From: Vulcanimicrobiaceae bacterium | GTDB lineage: Bacteria > Vulcanimicrobiota > Vulcanimicrobiia > Vulcanimicrobiales > Vulcanimicrobiaceae | Direction of reading: 5' to 3' | Length of the DNA: 13,317 bases | Assembly (NCBI GenBank): GCA_046262595.1 | Contig: JBHEMM010000031.1 | Coordinates: forward strand, 433-13,749 | In this document: positions 1 to 7,793 of the stretch, in pieces | Numbering within the stretch: the first letter of the stretch is position 1 | How the letters are laid out: every line of letters starts with the position of its first letter | Program-made: the position numbers and the translations under genes | The notes under the pieces: generated by a model | The model's database searches: none | What the model was told of the DNA's origin: nothing | What the model saw: the letters and a program-made list of their open reading frames with translations, nothing else

Positions 1-1
1 C

Positions 2-1000
2 TCACTGCCTGTCCGAAGGCCCCTTCCAAGACGACGCACCTCGCGGCCCCCGCTCTGGACCCCGTGGTGGAGCGGCGGCAGCTCGAGCGGTCCGGGTGCG
101 GCGACCGCCGCAGGTTTGACCGGTTTTGCGATCGGCTCCGAAACGAACGGCTCGATCATGGTTCCGGCCGCGTTCTGCGGGGTTTCCGGTCTGCGCCCAA
201 CCTACGGGCGCGTGAGCCGCCACGGCGCGATGGCGTTGATGTGGAGCAGCGATAAGCTCGGGCCGATCTGCCGGTCCGCGCGCGACGCCCAAGCGGTGCT
301 CGAAGCGATCGCCGGCAAAGACCTCAGCGATCCCACCGCTGCCGACATGCCGTTTAAAACGATCCGCGGACGACGGCCGAAAATCGGTATCGTTAAAAAT
401 GCAACGGCGAAAACGATGCCGGAGATCGTCAGAAATTTCAACGCGTCGGTTCTCGTGCTATCGGAGTTTTGCGATGTGGTTCACGACGTGCAATTGCCTA
501 AGGGTCCTTACGGTGCGGTTTTCGGTGCGGTCTTCAACGGCGAGTGCGCGGCCGCGTTTCGCGATCTGATCGAGAGCGGGCGTGCGCGCGAGCTGCAATC
601 GGTGGACGATCGCATCGGCGGGTATCAAGTGTACGCATCGCTTGCCGTGGATTTTGTAGACGGTCAGCGCCGCCGTGGATTGCTCAACGCGGCGCTGTAC
701 GAGGCGATCGAACCGTACGATGCGATCGTTTATCCGACGCTTCCCACCGTGGCGTATCCCGTCGGCATTCCGTTCGACAAAGCGTATCCCGACAAGTACG
801 GCGGACAGATCGAGATGGGCAGTCCGGGCAACCTTGCGGGTTTACCGGCGCTGAGCGTGCCGAACGGGTTCGGACCGGACCGTCTGCCGAGCGGCCTGGC
901 GTTCATGGGACGCGCGTGGGGAGAAAAGCAACTCACGCAGATCGCTTCGCAGTATCAGCAGCGCACGGCGTTTCATCGGTCGAAACCGGCGCTCGCGTAA
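2..1000 (+). CDS. Amidase-signature family amidase (GatA-like superfamily), 5'-truncated by the window
   Basis: The frame of ORF 116..1000 is open back to base 2 and reads WSGGSSSGPGAATAAGLTGFAIGSETNGSIMVPAAFCGVSGLRPTYGRVSRHG (amidase signature with cis-Ser GGSSSG and nucleophile-Ser GSETNGSI). The C-terminus has GNLAGLPALSVPNG...LPSGL. TAA stop at 998-1000. The TTG at 116 is not the real start. Confidence 0.92.
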   Translation, partial: SLPVRRPLPRRRTSRPPLWTPWWSGGSSSGPGAATAAGLTGFAIGSETNGSIMVPAAFCGVSGLRPTYGRVSRHGAMALMWSSDKLGPICRSARDAQAVLEAIAGKDLSDPTAADMPFKTIRGRRPKIGIVKNATAKTMPEIVRNFNASVLVLSEFCDVVHDVQLPKGPYGAVFGAVFNGECAAAFRDLIESGRARELQSVDDRIGGYQVYASLAVDFVDGQRRRGLLNAALYEAIEPYDAIVYPTLPTVAYPVGIPFDKAYPDKYGGQIEMGSPGNLAGLPALSVPNGFGPDRLPSGLAFMGRAWGEKQLTQIASQYQQRTAFHRSKPALA

Positions 1001-1015
1001 GCGAAGCGTCCGGAC

Positions 1016-1852
1016 GTGATAAGCATCGCGTTTGCGCTTTGCGCGGCCGCGAGTTACGGCACCGCCGACTTTCTCGGCGGAGTCGCAACGCGCCGCAGCT
1101 CCGTCTTCGCAGCCGTCGTTCCGGCGCAAGCCGCCGGCTTGGTTCTGCTCGCCGTGCTGCTGCCGGTTTTCGGCGGAACGCCTTCGCAAGGCGCAGTCGC
1201 ATACGGCGTTTTAGGCGGCATCTGCGGCGGCGCCGGCATCGCGCTTTTGTATCACGCGTTGTCGGTGGGGAAGATGGGTGTTGTCTCACCCATAACGGCG
1301 GTCCTTGCGGCCGCCGTACCGCTTGCCGCGGGCGTGCTGCATGGCGAGCGGCTCTCACCGCTGCACGCTGCGGGCGTCGGCGTCGCGCTCGCGGCGGTCG
1401 TCCTCATCTCTTTGAACGCGCAGGCGGAAGGCCGTGTGGAGTTTTCCCGCGCGGGTGTGAAAGAAGCGGTCGCATCCGGACTGCTGCTCGGCGGTTTTTA
1501 TCTTTTTCTTGCCGCAGCGCCGCACGGCGCGCGCGCGTATCCGCTGGTGTTCGCGCGTCTTTGCTCAACGGGGCTGCTCGCCTCGCTGGCGTTCCTGTCC
1601 CGGCGCGCGATGATGCCGACGCGAGCGACGGCCGGAACAGTGGCGGTCGCCGGCATCCTGGACGCAGCGGCGAACGGCTTGTACGTCGCCGCCGCTTTCA
1701 CGGGATACGTGTCCATCGCGGCGGTTCTGACATCGCTGTACCCGGCGGCGACGGTGCTGCTTGCGCGTTTCACGCTGCACGAGCGGTTGCAGCCCTGGCA
1801 GACCGGCGGCGTCGCACTCGCGCTCGCCGGAGTAGCGATGATCGCGCGCTAG
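1016..1852 (+). CDS. EamA/DMT (drug/metabolite transporter) family membrane protein
   Basis: 278 aa with about 10 hydrophobic segments in two repeats. Typical motifs: YGTADFLGG, LYHALSVGKMGVVSPI, GERLS, LTSLYPAATVLLARFTLHERL. GTG start 15 nt after the amidase stop. Confidence 0.9.
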   Translation: MISIAFALCAAASYGTADFLGGVATRRSSVFAAVVPAQAAGLVLLAVLLPVFGGTPSQGAVAYGVLGGICGGAGIALLYHALSVGKMGVVSPITAVLAAAVPLAAGVLHGERLSPLHAAGVGVALAAVVLISLNAQAEGRVEFSRAGVKEAVASGLLLGGFYLFLAAAPHGARAYPLVFARLCSTGLLASLAFLSRRAMMPTRATAGTVAVAGILDAAANGLYVAAAFTGYVSIAAVLTSLYPAATVLLARFTLHERLQPWQTGGVALALAGVAMIAR

Positions 1853-1865
1853 CGCCCGTGCGCTA
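1850..1865. repeat. Short perfect inverted repeat between convergent genes (possible weak bidirectional terminator/pause)
   Basis: TAGCGC-CCGT-GCGCTA. The outer arms are the TAG stops of the two convergent genes. No U-tract. Confidence 0.3.
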
Positions 1866-2939
1866 CAACGAGGACCACACCTCCAACTTGCGCTTGACGC
1901 CTTGAATCACTGCGTCGGTGAAGTCGCTGGTGGACGCGTGGCCGCCGAGGTCGCTCGTTGCGGTGCCGCCGTGCACGGTTTCAAGCGTCGCCTCATAGAT
2001 GGCGCGCGATGCGCTCTGCGCGCGCTTATCTTCCATATAGGAAAGGAGTGCCGCGCAGGCCAGAATCATCGCCATCGGATTGGCAACGTTCTTCCCGAAG
2101 AGGCGCGGTGCGGTTCCGTGCGGCGCTTCGGCCATAACGACGTTCGGCCGCAACTCTTCATCGAACGAGAGCAGGACCGACTCGGCGCCCGCGATGGAAC
2201 CGAAGAGCTGCATGACCAGGTCCGAGAGACAATCGCCGTCGCGGTTGAGGGTGGGAATGACCATCGGTTTTTCACCGTCGCTGCTGAGCAGCAGCGCATA
2301 AGTCGCATCGATCAGCTGAGGCTCGTAGGTAATCTGCGGGTGCCGCGCCGCCGCAGCATCCATCTCTTCCTTGAGCATGCCCTCGTAGACGGGACTTACC
2401 GTATATTTGGGGCCGCCGAATACTTTTGCATTCATGCGCTGGGCGTGCTGAAAAGCGTATTCGGCGACGATCCGGCACACGCTGCGCTCGATCGCCTCGG
2501 TGCGGTAAGCCACTTCGTCCGCGCCTTCGCCTTCGCGCCATTCCTTTGCACCGTATGCATCGCCGACGGCCATGCGCACGACGCTGATCGGCGCGTGAAT
2601 GCCCGCGACGGGCCGCACGCCGGGTAAACGGCGGCCGGTTCGAACGATGACCTTTCCCTCGATCGCTTTTCGCAATATGGCATTCGGCGAACCGACGTCA
2701 CCACGGTCTTCCGGCGTGATCGTTGCCGCTTTGAGCCCAAAGCGGTGGCGCTTCATCGCTAGCGCCGCTTCGTGGACCACGGCGTTCGCGCTTTCGCGCC
2801 GTTTCTGGAGTGAAAGATCGTACGGCTCGAGGTTGAGATCTAAACCGATCGTTGCGCGATCGAGAACGCGAAGGGATTCGGCCAGCAGCTCCTGTCCGGT
2901 TTCGTCGCCTTGCAGTACGACGATCGTTGGGGTCGGCAA
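1863..2939 (-). CDS. Isocitrate/isopropylmalate (beta-hydroxyacid oxidative decarboxylase) family dehydrogenase, probably NADP-dependent isocitrate dehydrogenase-like
   Basis: 358 aa with GDETGQE, KAATITPE, SPNAILRK, NRDGDCLSDL, AEAPHGTAPRLFGKNVANP and TSDLGG motifs. TTG start preceded by AAGGAG Shine-Dalgarno (plus-strand ctcctt at 2945-2950). Confidence 0.88.
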   Translation of the reverse strand: MPTPTIVVLQGDETGQELLAESLRVLDRATIGLDLNLEPYDLSLQKRRESANAVVHEAALAMKRHRFGLKAATITPEDRGDVGSPNAILRKAIEGKVIVRTGRRLPGVRPVAGIHAPISVVRMAVGDAYGAKEWREGEGADEVAYRTEAIERSVCRIVAEYAFQHAQRMNAKVFGGPKYTVSPVYEGMLKEEMDAAAARHPQITYEPQLIDATYALLLSSDGEKPMVIPTLNRDGDCLSDLVMQLFGSIAGAESVLLSFDEELRPNVVMAEAPHGTAPRLFGKNVANPMAMILACAALLSYMEDKRAQSASRAIYEATLETVHGGTATSDLGGHASTSDFTDAVIQGVKRKLEVWSSL

Positions 2940-2975
2940 ATGAACTCCTTATGAAACTGAAGAAAGATACCCGCC

Positions 2976-5132
2976 ATGGCACGCGTACGCCGTAAGGCGA
3001 CCGCCAAAACGCGATGGAACTATGAGATCGCCGGAATTGCCGCAATCGGTCTTGCGGCCCTTTTCGCCGTCTCCCTTGCGCTGCCGCCTTCGCGCGCGGG
3101 CGTGGCCGGTGCCGCACTCGCGCACGCGATGCAGTGGACGTTCGGCTCCGCAGCGCCGTTATTCCCCGTGCTCATCGTCGTCTTCGGCGTCATTATTTTT
3201 TTGGAGATCAACGTGCCGCGGATCATGGCGACGCTCGGCACGGCTTCGCTTGCTTATTTCCTGATCGCCGATACGGGTCTGGCGCACCGGGGCGGCACGC
3301 TCGGCCGGCACGCGTGGGATGCAGCTGCCGTACTCCTGGGCGTGACGGGTGCGCGCATCGTGCTGTGGCTCGCCGCCGTGCTGGTTACCGTGTGGATCAC
3401 GAACGTCTCGGTCAAGAAGATCATCGGCCTGCTGGTGCTCGCGCTCTCGCGCGTGCGCGTTCCGAAGCTGCGCTTGCGTCTTCCCGCGCTGCCGGTGCGC
3501 CAAGCGCAACCGCGCCTCGCACCGGCGCCCGAAGCGAATGCGGCCGACCGAGACGAAGAGGCAGAACAAGCCGAAGATGACGCGGTGTTGTACGAACCGC
3601 CGTCCGAGCACGCCGCGGTGCGCGCGCCCGTGCCGGCCGTTGCCCTTCGCATTCCCGCAGTGGTGCACGTGAAGCCGTCCGCGCATGGCGAGATCGTCTA
3701 TCAGCTCCCCGATCTCGCGCTGTTCGATGCGCCGCAAGCGCAGGCAGTAGACGATTCAAGCCGTTCGGCCGTGCTTGAGGACACGCTCGCCTCGTTCGGC
3801 GTCGGCGCGAAAGTCGTGCACATCGAGCGCGGGCCCTCGATTACGCGTTACGAGCTGCGGCCCGAGCGGGGCGTGAAGATATCGAAGATCGCGTCGCTCT
3901 CGGACGACATTGCGCTCGCGCTTGCAGCGACGAGCGTGCGCATCGAAGCGCCGATTCCGGGAAAGTCCGCCGTCGGCATCGAGGTCCCGAACAAGAGCGT
4001 TTCGATCGTCGCCATCAAGGAAATCTTGGAAGCGCTCCCGCAGCGCGGCGTCGTTCCGCCGCTCTGGATGGCGCTCGGCAAAGATATCACCGGCCGCCCC
4101 GTCTTCGGCGATTTGGGGAAGATGCCGCATTTGCTGGTGGCCGGGGCAACGGGCTCGGGTAAGTCGGTATGCTTGAACACGATCATCGCCTCGCTGCTCG
4201 TGAGCGCGACGCCCGATCAGGTCCAGATGCTGATGATCGATCCCAAGCGCGTGGAGCTGACCGTTTATAACGGTATTCCGCATCTGATCAAGGACGTGAT
4301 CACCGATGCGCGTCTGGCTGCGGGCGCCCTGTTCGAGATGACGAAAGAGATGGATTCCCGTTACGAGCGTTTTGCGAAAGCCGGCGTGCGTAAGATCGAG
4401 GAATACAACACCAAATTCCCCGATGAGAACCTGCCCTACGTCGTCATCGTGATCGACGAGCTCGCGGACTTGATGCTCGTTGCGCCGGCGAAAGTCGAGA
4501 CGACGATCATGCGTTTGGCGCAGCTCGCCCGCGCCACGGGCATTCACTTGATCGTCGCCACGCAGCGCCCGTCGGTTGACGTGATCACGGGCCTCATTAA
4601 AGCGAATATTCCCTCGCGCATCGCGTTCGCCGTGAGTTCCCAAGTGGACTCACGCACGATTCTCGATATGGCCGGGGCCGAACGCCTGCTGGGACGCGGC
4701 GACATGTTGTATCTTCCTATCGACGCGCCCAAACCAGTGCGCTCGCAGGGCGCGCTCATCACGGGCGCGGAGGTTAACCGTCTCGTGCAGTTTTGGGAGA
4801 AGCAAGGCCGCCCCGAAAATCTGCTCGATGTGGAGGTCACGCCGATCTCCGACGACGATGCGGGAAAGAAGGACATCGATCCGCTCTGTTACGACGCGGC
4901 GAAGTTCATTATCGAGAGCCAGTACGCCTCAACCGCAGCGCTGCAGTCGCAATTTTCGATCGGCCATCCGCGCGCGGTGCGCGTGATGAAGCAACTTGAG
5001 GAGTTTAAGGTCGTCGGTCCGCACGAGGGTACCAAACCCCGGCGCATCATCTTGGGGTTAGGCGAGCTCGAACAAATCAGCTCGCGCATGGGCCGCAACG
5101 ATCAGGAAAACGTGTTTGCAGCCGGCGGTTGA
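2976..5132 (+). CDS. ftsK: DNA translocase FtsK/SpoIIIE
   Basis: N-terminal TM helices and Pro/Ala/acidic linker, then alpha domain (GPSITRYEL, RIEAPIPGKSAVGIEVPN), Walker A GATGSGKS, MIDPKRVEL, Walker B VVIVIDELADLM, ATQRPSVDVITGLIKAN, GAERLLGRGDML and a C-terminal gamma winged helix. Confidence 0.97.
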   Translation: MARVRRKATAKTRWNYEIAGIAAIGLAALFAVSLALPPSRAGVAGAALAHAMQWTFGSAAPLFPVLIVVFGVIIFLEINVPRIMATLGTASLAYFLIADTGLAHRGGTLGRHAWDAAAVLLGVTGARIVLWLAAVLVTVWITNVSVKKIIGLLVLALSRVRVPKLRLRLPALPVRQAQPRLAPAPEANAADRDEEAEQAEDDAVLYEPPSEHAAVRAPVPAVALRIPAVVHVKPSAHGEIVYQLPDLALFDAPQAQAVDDSSRSAVLEDTLASFGVGAKVVHIERGPSITRYELRPERGVKISKIASLSDDIALALAATSVRIEAPIPGKSAVGIEVPNKSVSIVAIKEILEALPQRGVVPPLWMALGKDITGRPVFGDLGKMPHLLVAGATGSGKSVCLNTIIASLLVSATPDQVQMLMIDPKRVELTVYNGIPHLIKDVITDARLAAGALFEMTKEMDSRYERFAKAGVRKIEEYNTKFPDENLPYVVIVIDELADLMLVAPAKVETTIMRLAQLARATGIHLIVATQRPSVDVITGLIKANIPSRIAFAVSSQVDSRTILDMAGAERLLGRGDMLYLPIDAPKPVRSQGALITGAEVNRLVQFWEKQGRPENLLDVEVTPISDDDAGKKDIDPLCYDAAKFIIESQYASTAALQSQFSIGHPRAVRVMKQLEEFKVVGPHEGTKPRRIILGLGELEQISSRMGRNDQENVFAAGG

Positions 5133-5169
5133 GCTGTTCTTTTGCGTGAACAGACGGTAATGAGCCGTT

Positions 5170-5802
5170 ATGCGATCGAACGTTAGACCGCTCGCGCTCC
5201 TGCTCGTCGCCGCAGGGTTGTTCGCGCTTTTCGCGTGGTTCGGAAGATACGTCACCGCTCATGGCGAGCCCGCCGCGCTGCTCGTGTTTGCAAAACAGGT
5301 GCGTGCGCACGCGATCGGCCTGGCCTGGGCGTTTACGAATTGCGGATGGGTGCAAGTGCTCGGCCCGCTGTATCTCGCATGCATCTTCATAGCCGTGCGT
5401 TTTCCGGCTTGGCGCGCGCGGATGGTGTATTTGATCGCCAGCGGGCTGCTCTCGTGGCTTGCGGCCGACCGGTTTCAGCATGTCTTCGCGCGTCCGCGGC
5501 GCAGCGACTGGCTGTTGCGCCACGAGCATGCCTTTTCGTATCCCAGCTCGCATGCGTCAACGTCCACGGGGTTTTATCTGCTTGCCGCCGTGCTGGTGCT
5601 CCGCTCGGATTTGCCGCCGAACGCCCGGTACGCCGGCTTTGCCGCACTGACGGCCATGTGGCTGGGCATCTGCTGGTCGAGGCTCTCGCTGGCGGCGCAC
5701 TATCCGACGGATGTCGCAGGCGGCGTCATTCTTGGCGCGGCGATTGCACTGCTCGGCGCAGCCGTCGTGCGGCTGGCGGGCAAAAACACCGCGCGCGCCT
5801 AA
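5170..5802 (+). CDS. PAP2-family membrane phosphatase (undecaprenyl-pyrophosphate/lipid phosphatase-like)
   Basis: Multi-TM 210 aa protein. C2 motif SYPSSH, C3 motif SRLSLAAHYPTD and degenerate C1 QHVFARPRR. Confidence 0.88.
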   Translation: MRSNVRPLALLLVAAGLFALFAWFGRYVTAHGEPAALLVFAKQVRAHAIGLAWAFTNCGWVQVLGPLYLACIFIAVRFPAWRARMVYLIASGLLSWLAADRFQHVFARPRRSDWLLRHEHAFSYPSSHASTSTGFYLLAAVLVLRSDLPPNARYAGFAALTAMWLGICWSRLSLAAHYPTDVAGGVILGAAIALLGAAVVRLAGKNTARA

Positions 5803-5812
5803 GCAACAGCGC

Positions 5813-6961
5813 ATGACCCGTTACCTCGATCCCGCACTTGCGCCCATCGAGCGCAAGGCCGAAGCCGGCATTCCGCTCGATATGGAAGACGGTCTGGCGC
5901 TGTTCCGCACGTTCGACTTGCACAACCTCGGGCGCATGGCCCGTGCGGCAAAGGAACGCAAGAGCGGCAAAAAAGTTTTTTACGTGCTCAACCGCTATAT
6001 CAACTCGACGAACGTGTGCTATGCGAACTGCAAGTTCTGCTCCTTTGCGGCCGACGAATTCAAAGAGCAGGGACGAGTCGTGCGTATGCCGGCCGATCAG
6101 GTGCTCGCGAAGGCGCTTGAGACCGGGACGAACTTCAACCAAATGCATATCGACGGCGGCCACGATCCGCGTCAGCGCTCCCTCGACTATTGGCTGCCGC
6201 TCATGCGGCGCTTCAAGGAGCGCTTGCCGCACGTGCAACTCTCGCTGTTCACCGCTGCGGAACTCGAATACATGTGCAAGCGCCACCGGATGAGCTTTGC
6301 CGCAATGATTGCGATGCTTAAAGAGGCCGGTTTGGATAACGTCAACGGCGGCGGCGCGGAGATCTTCGCCGAGGACACGCGCCGAAAAATTTGCCCCGGC
6401 AAGGTGAACTCGGAGAACTGGCTTGCGATCCATGAAGAGCTGCACCGCCAGGGCATCGCTTCCAACGCGACGATGCTGTACGGGCATATCGAGTCGCTCG
6501 AGGACCGCGTCGATCATTTCATCCGCTTGCGGCAGTCGCAAGAGCGGGTGGCCGGCTTTAATGCGTTCATTCCGCTGGCGTTCCATCCCGACGGCAATGA
6601 GATGAGCGATTGCGGCTGGACGAGCGGCTTGGACGACATCCGCACGTTCGCCGTCGCCCGCCTGATGCTGAACAACTTCGATCACATCAAAGCCTATTGG
6701 ATGATCCAAGGGATTAAAGTGTGTCAGGTCGCCTTACAGTTCGGCGCGGACGACATGGACGGCACCCATGGCAGCACCGACGAAGAAATGATCTATCACA
6801 GTGCCGGCACGCAGTCCGGTCAGTACGTCGACGATCGCGAGTTTCGCCGGCTGATCGAGGAAGCCGGTTACGTTCCGGTGCGCCGCAACAGCACGTATGA
6901 AGAGTTTGCCTGGGACTGGTCCCCACAGGCCCCGGACGCCCGCGACATGGTGACCGCGTAG
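5813..6961 (+). CDS. mqnE: Aminodeoxyfutalosine synthase, radical SAM (CofH/MqnE family)
   Basis: NRYINSTNVCYANCKFCSF (CxxxCxxC), GGGAEIF, NATMLYGHIES, FIPLAFHP and HIKAYW motifs; adjacent to mqnA and mqnC. Start moved to ATG 5813 (MTRYLDP), 10 nt after the PAP2 stop, because the 5711 extension overlaps PAP2. Confidence 0.88.
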   Translation: MTRYLDPALAPIERKAEAGIPLDMEDGLALFRTFDLHNLGRMARAAKERKSGKKVFYVLNRYINSTNVCYANCKFCSFAADEFKEQGRVVRMPADQVLAKALETGTNFNQMHIDGGHDPRQRSLDYWLPLMRRFKERLPHVQLSLFTAAELEYMCKRHRMSFAAMIAMLKEAGLDNVNGGGAEIFAEDTRRKICPGKVNSENWLAIHEELHRQGIASNATMLYGHIESLEDRVDHFIRLRQSQERVAGFNAFIPLAFHPDGNEMSDCGWTSGLDDIRTFAVARLMLNNFDHIKAYWMIQGIKVCQVALQFGADDMDGTHGSTDEEMIYHSAGTQSGQYVDDREFRRLIEEAGYVPVRRNSTYEEFAWDWSPQAPDARDMVTA

Positions 6962-6962
6962 C

Positions 6963-7793
6963 GTGCTGCGCAGCAGCCGCATGCGCTACGTGAATGACTT
7001 GCCGATTTATGCGGCGATCGACGCCGGCGCGGTGACATACCCCGGCTCGCTCGTTGCCGGCGTGCCCACGCACCTGAACGACTTGATGCGCTCGGGCGAA
7101 CTCGACATGGGCCCCGTGAGCGCTTTCGAGTACGCCTGCAATGCCGAGCGCTATGCGCTGCTGCCGGACCTTTGCATCGGCGCGCGCGAAGAGATCGTTT
7201 CGGTTCTCTTGATCTCGCGTACGCCGCCCGCGCTCCTTCGTGACGTCGACATTGCGACGACGCCTGAATCGGCCAGCGGCAGAAATTTGCTGCGCGTGCT
7301 GCTGAGCGGCCGTTACGGCGTGCAGGCGCGCCTGACGGACCGGCTCGACGCGTTGGACTGCGCGCGGGCCGGCCAGCCGGCAATGGTGATCGGCGATGCC
7401 GCGATTGACGCGGCGTTCGAGTTCCCAAGCGAGCACGTCTACGACTTGGGCCTGCTCTGGCGCGATTGGACGGGCGAACAATCGGTTACGGCGGTTTGGG
7501 TGGCCCGCCGCAAAGTCTTCGAAGAACGCCTCGAAGAAGTACGCGCATGTCTGCATGCGCTCACCGACGCTTATTCGTGGGGGCGCGCGCATCGCGCGCA
7601 GGTCATTGCACAGGCGCAGGCGGCCAAGCCGCGCCCTGCGGGTTTTTACGAAATCTATTACGGGAAATTAAACTTCACGTTCCACTCCTCGGCGCAGCGC
7701 GGGTTGGCCGCCTTTTGCCGGGAACTGCAGGCGATCGGCGCGATCGATCGTCTTCCGCCCGTCTCTCCGGAGGTTATCGGTGTCGCTCAGTAG
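6963..7793 (+). CDS. mqnA: Chorismate dehydratase (futalosine pathway, MqnA/MqnD family)
   Basis: RYVNDLPIY, LLPDLCIGA..EIVSVLL, VIGDAAI and YDLGLLWRDWTG...AVW motifs. GTG start 1 nt after the mqnE stop. Confidence 0.9.
   Translation: MLRSSRMRYVNDLPIYAAIDAGAVTYPGSLVAGVPTHLNDLMRSGELDMGPVSAFEYACNAERYALLPDLCIGAREEIVSVLLISRTPPALLRDVDIATTPESASGRNLLRVLLSGRYGVQARLTDRLDALDCARAGQPAMVIGDAAIDAAFEFPSEHVYDLGLLWRDWTGEQSVTAVWVARRKVFEERLEEVRACLHALTDAYSWGRAHRAQVIAQAQAAKPRPAGFYEIYYGKLNFTFHSSAQRGLAAFCRELQAIGAIDRLPPVSPEVIGVAQ

Noticed and set aside
544..1905. 453 aa + strand ORF overlapping the amidase and DMT genes
   Set aside because: Arg/Ala-rich low-complexity translation with no motifs; a shadow frame typical of high-GC DNA over two well-supported genes.
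5711..5812. Longer mqnE start from the ORF track
   Set aside because: Overlaps the PAP2 C-terminus; family similarity fits ATG 5813.
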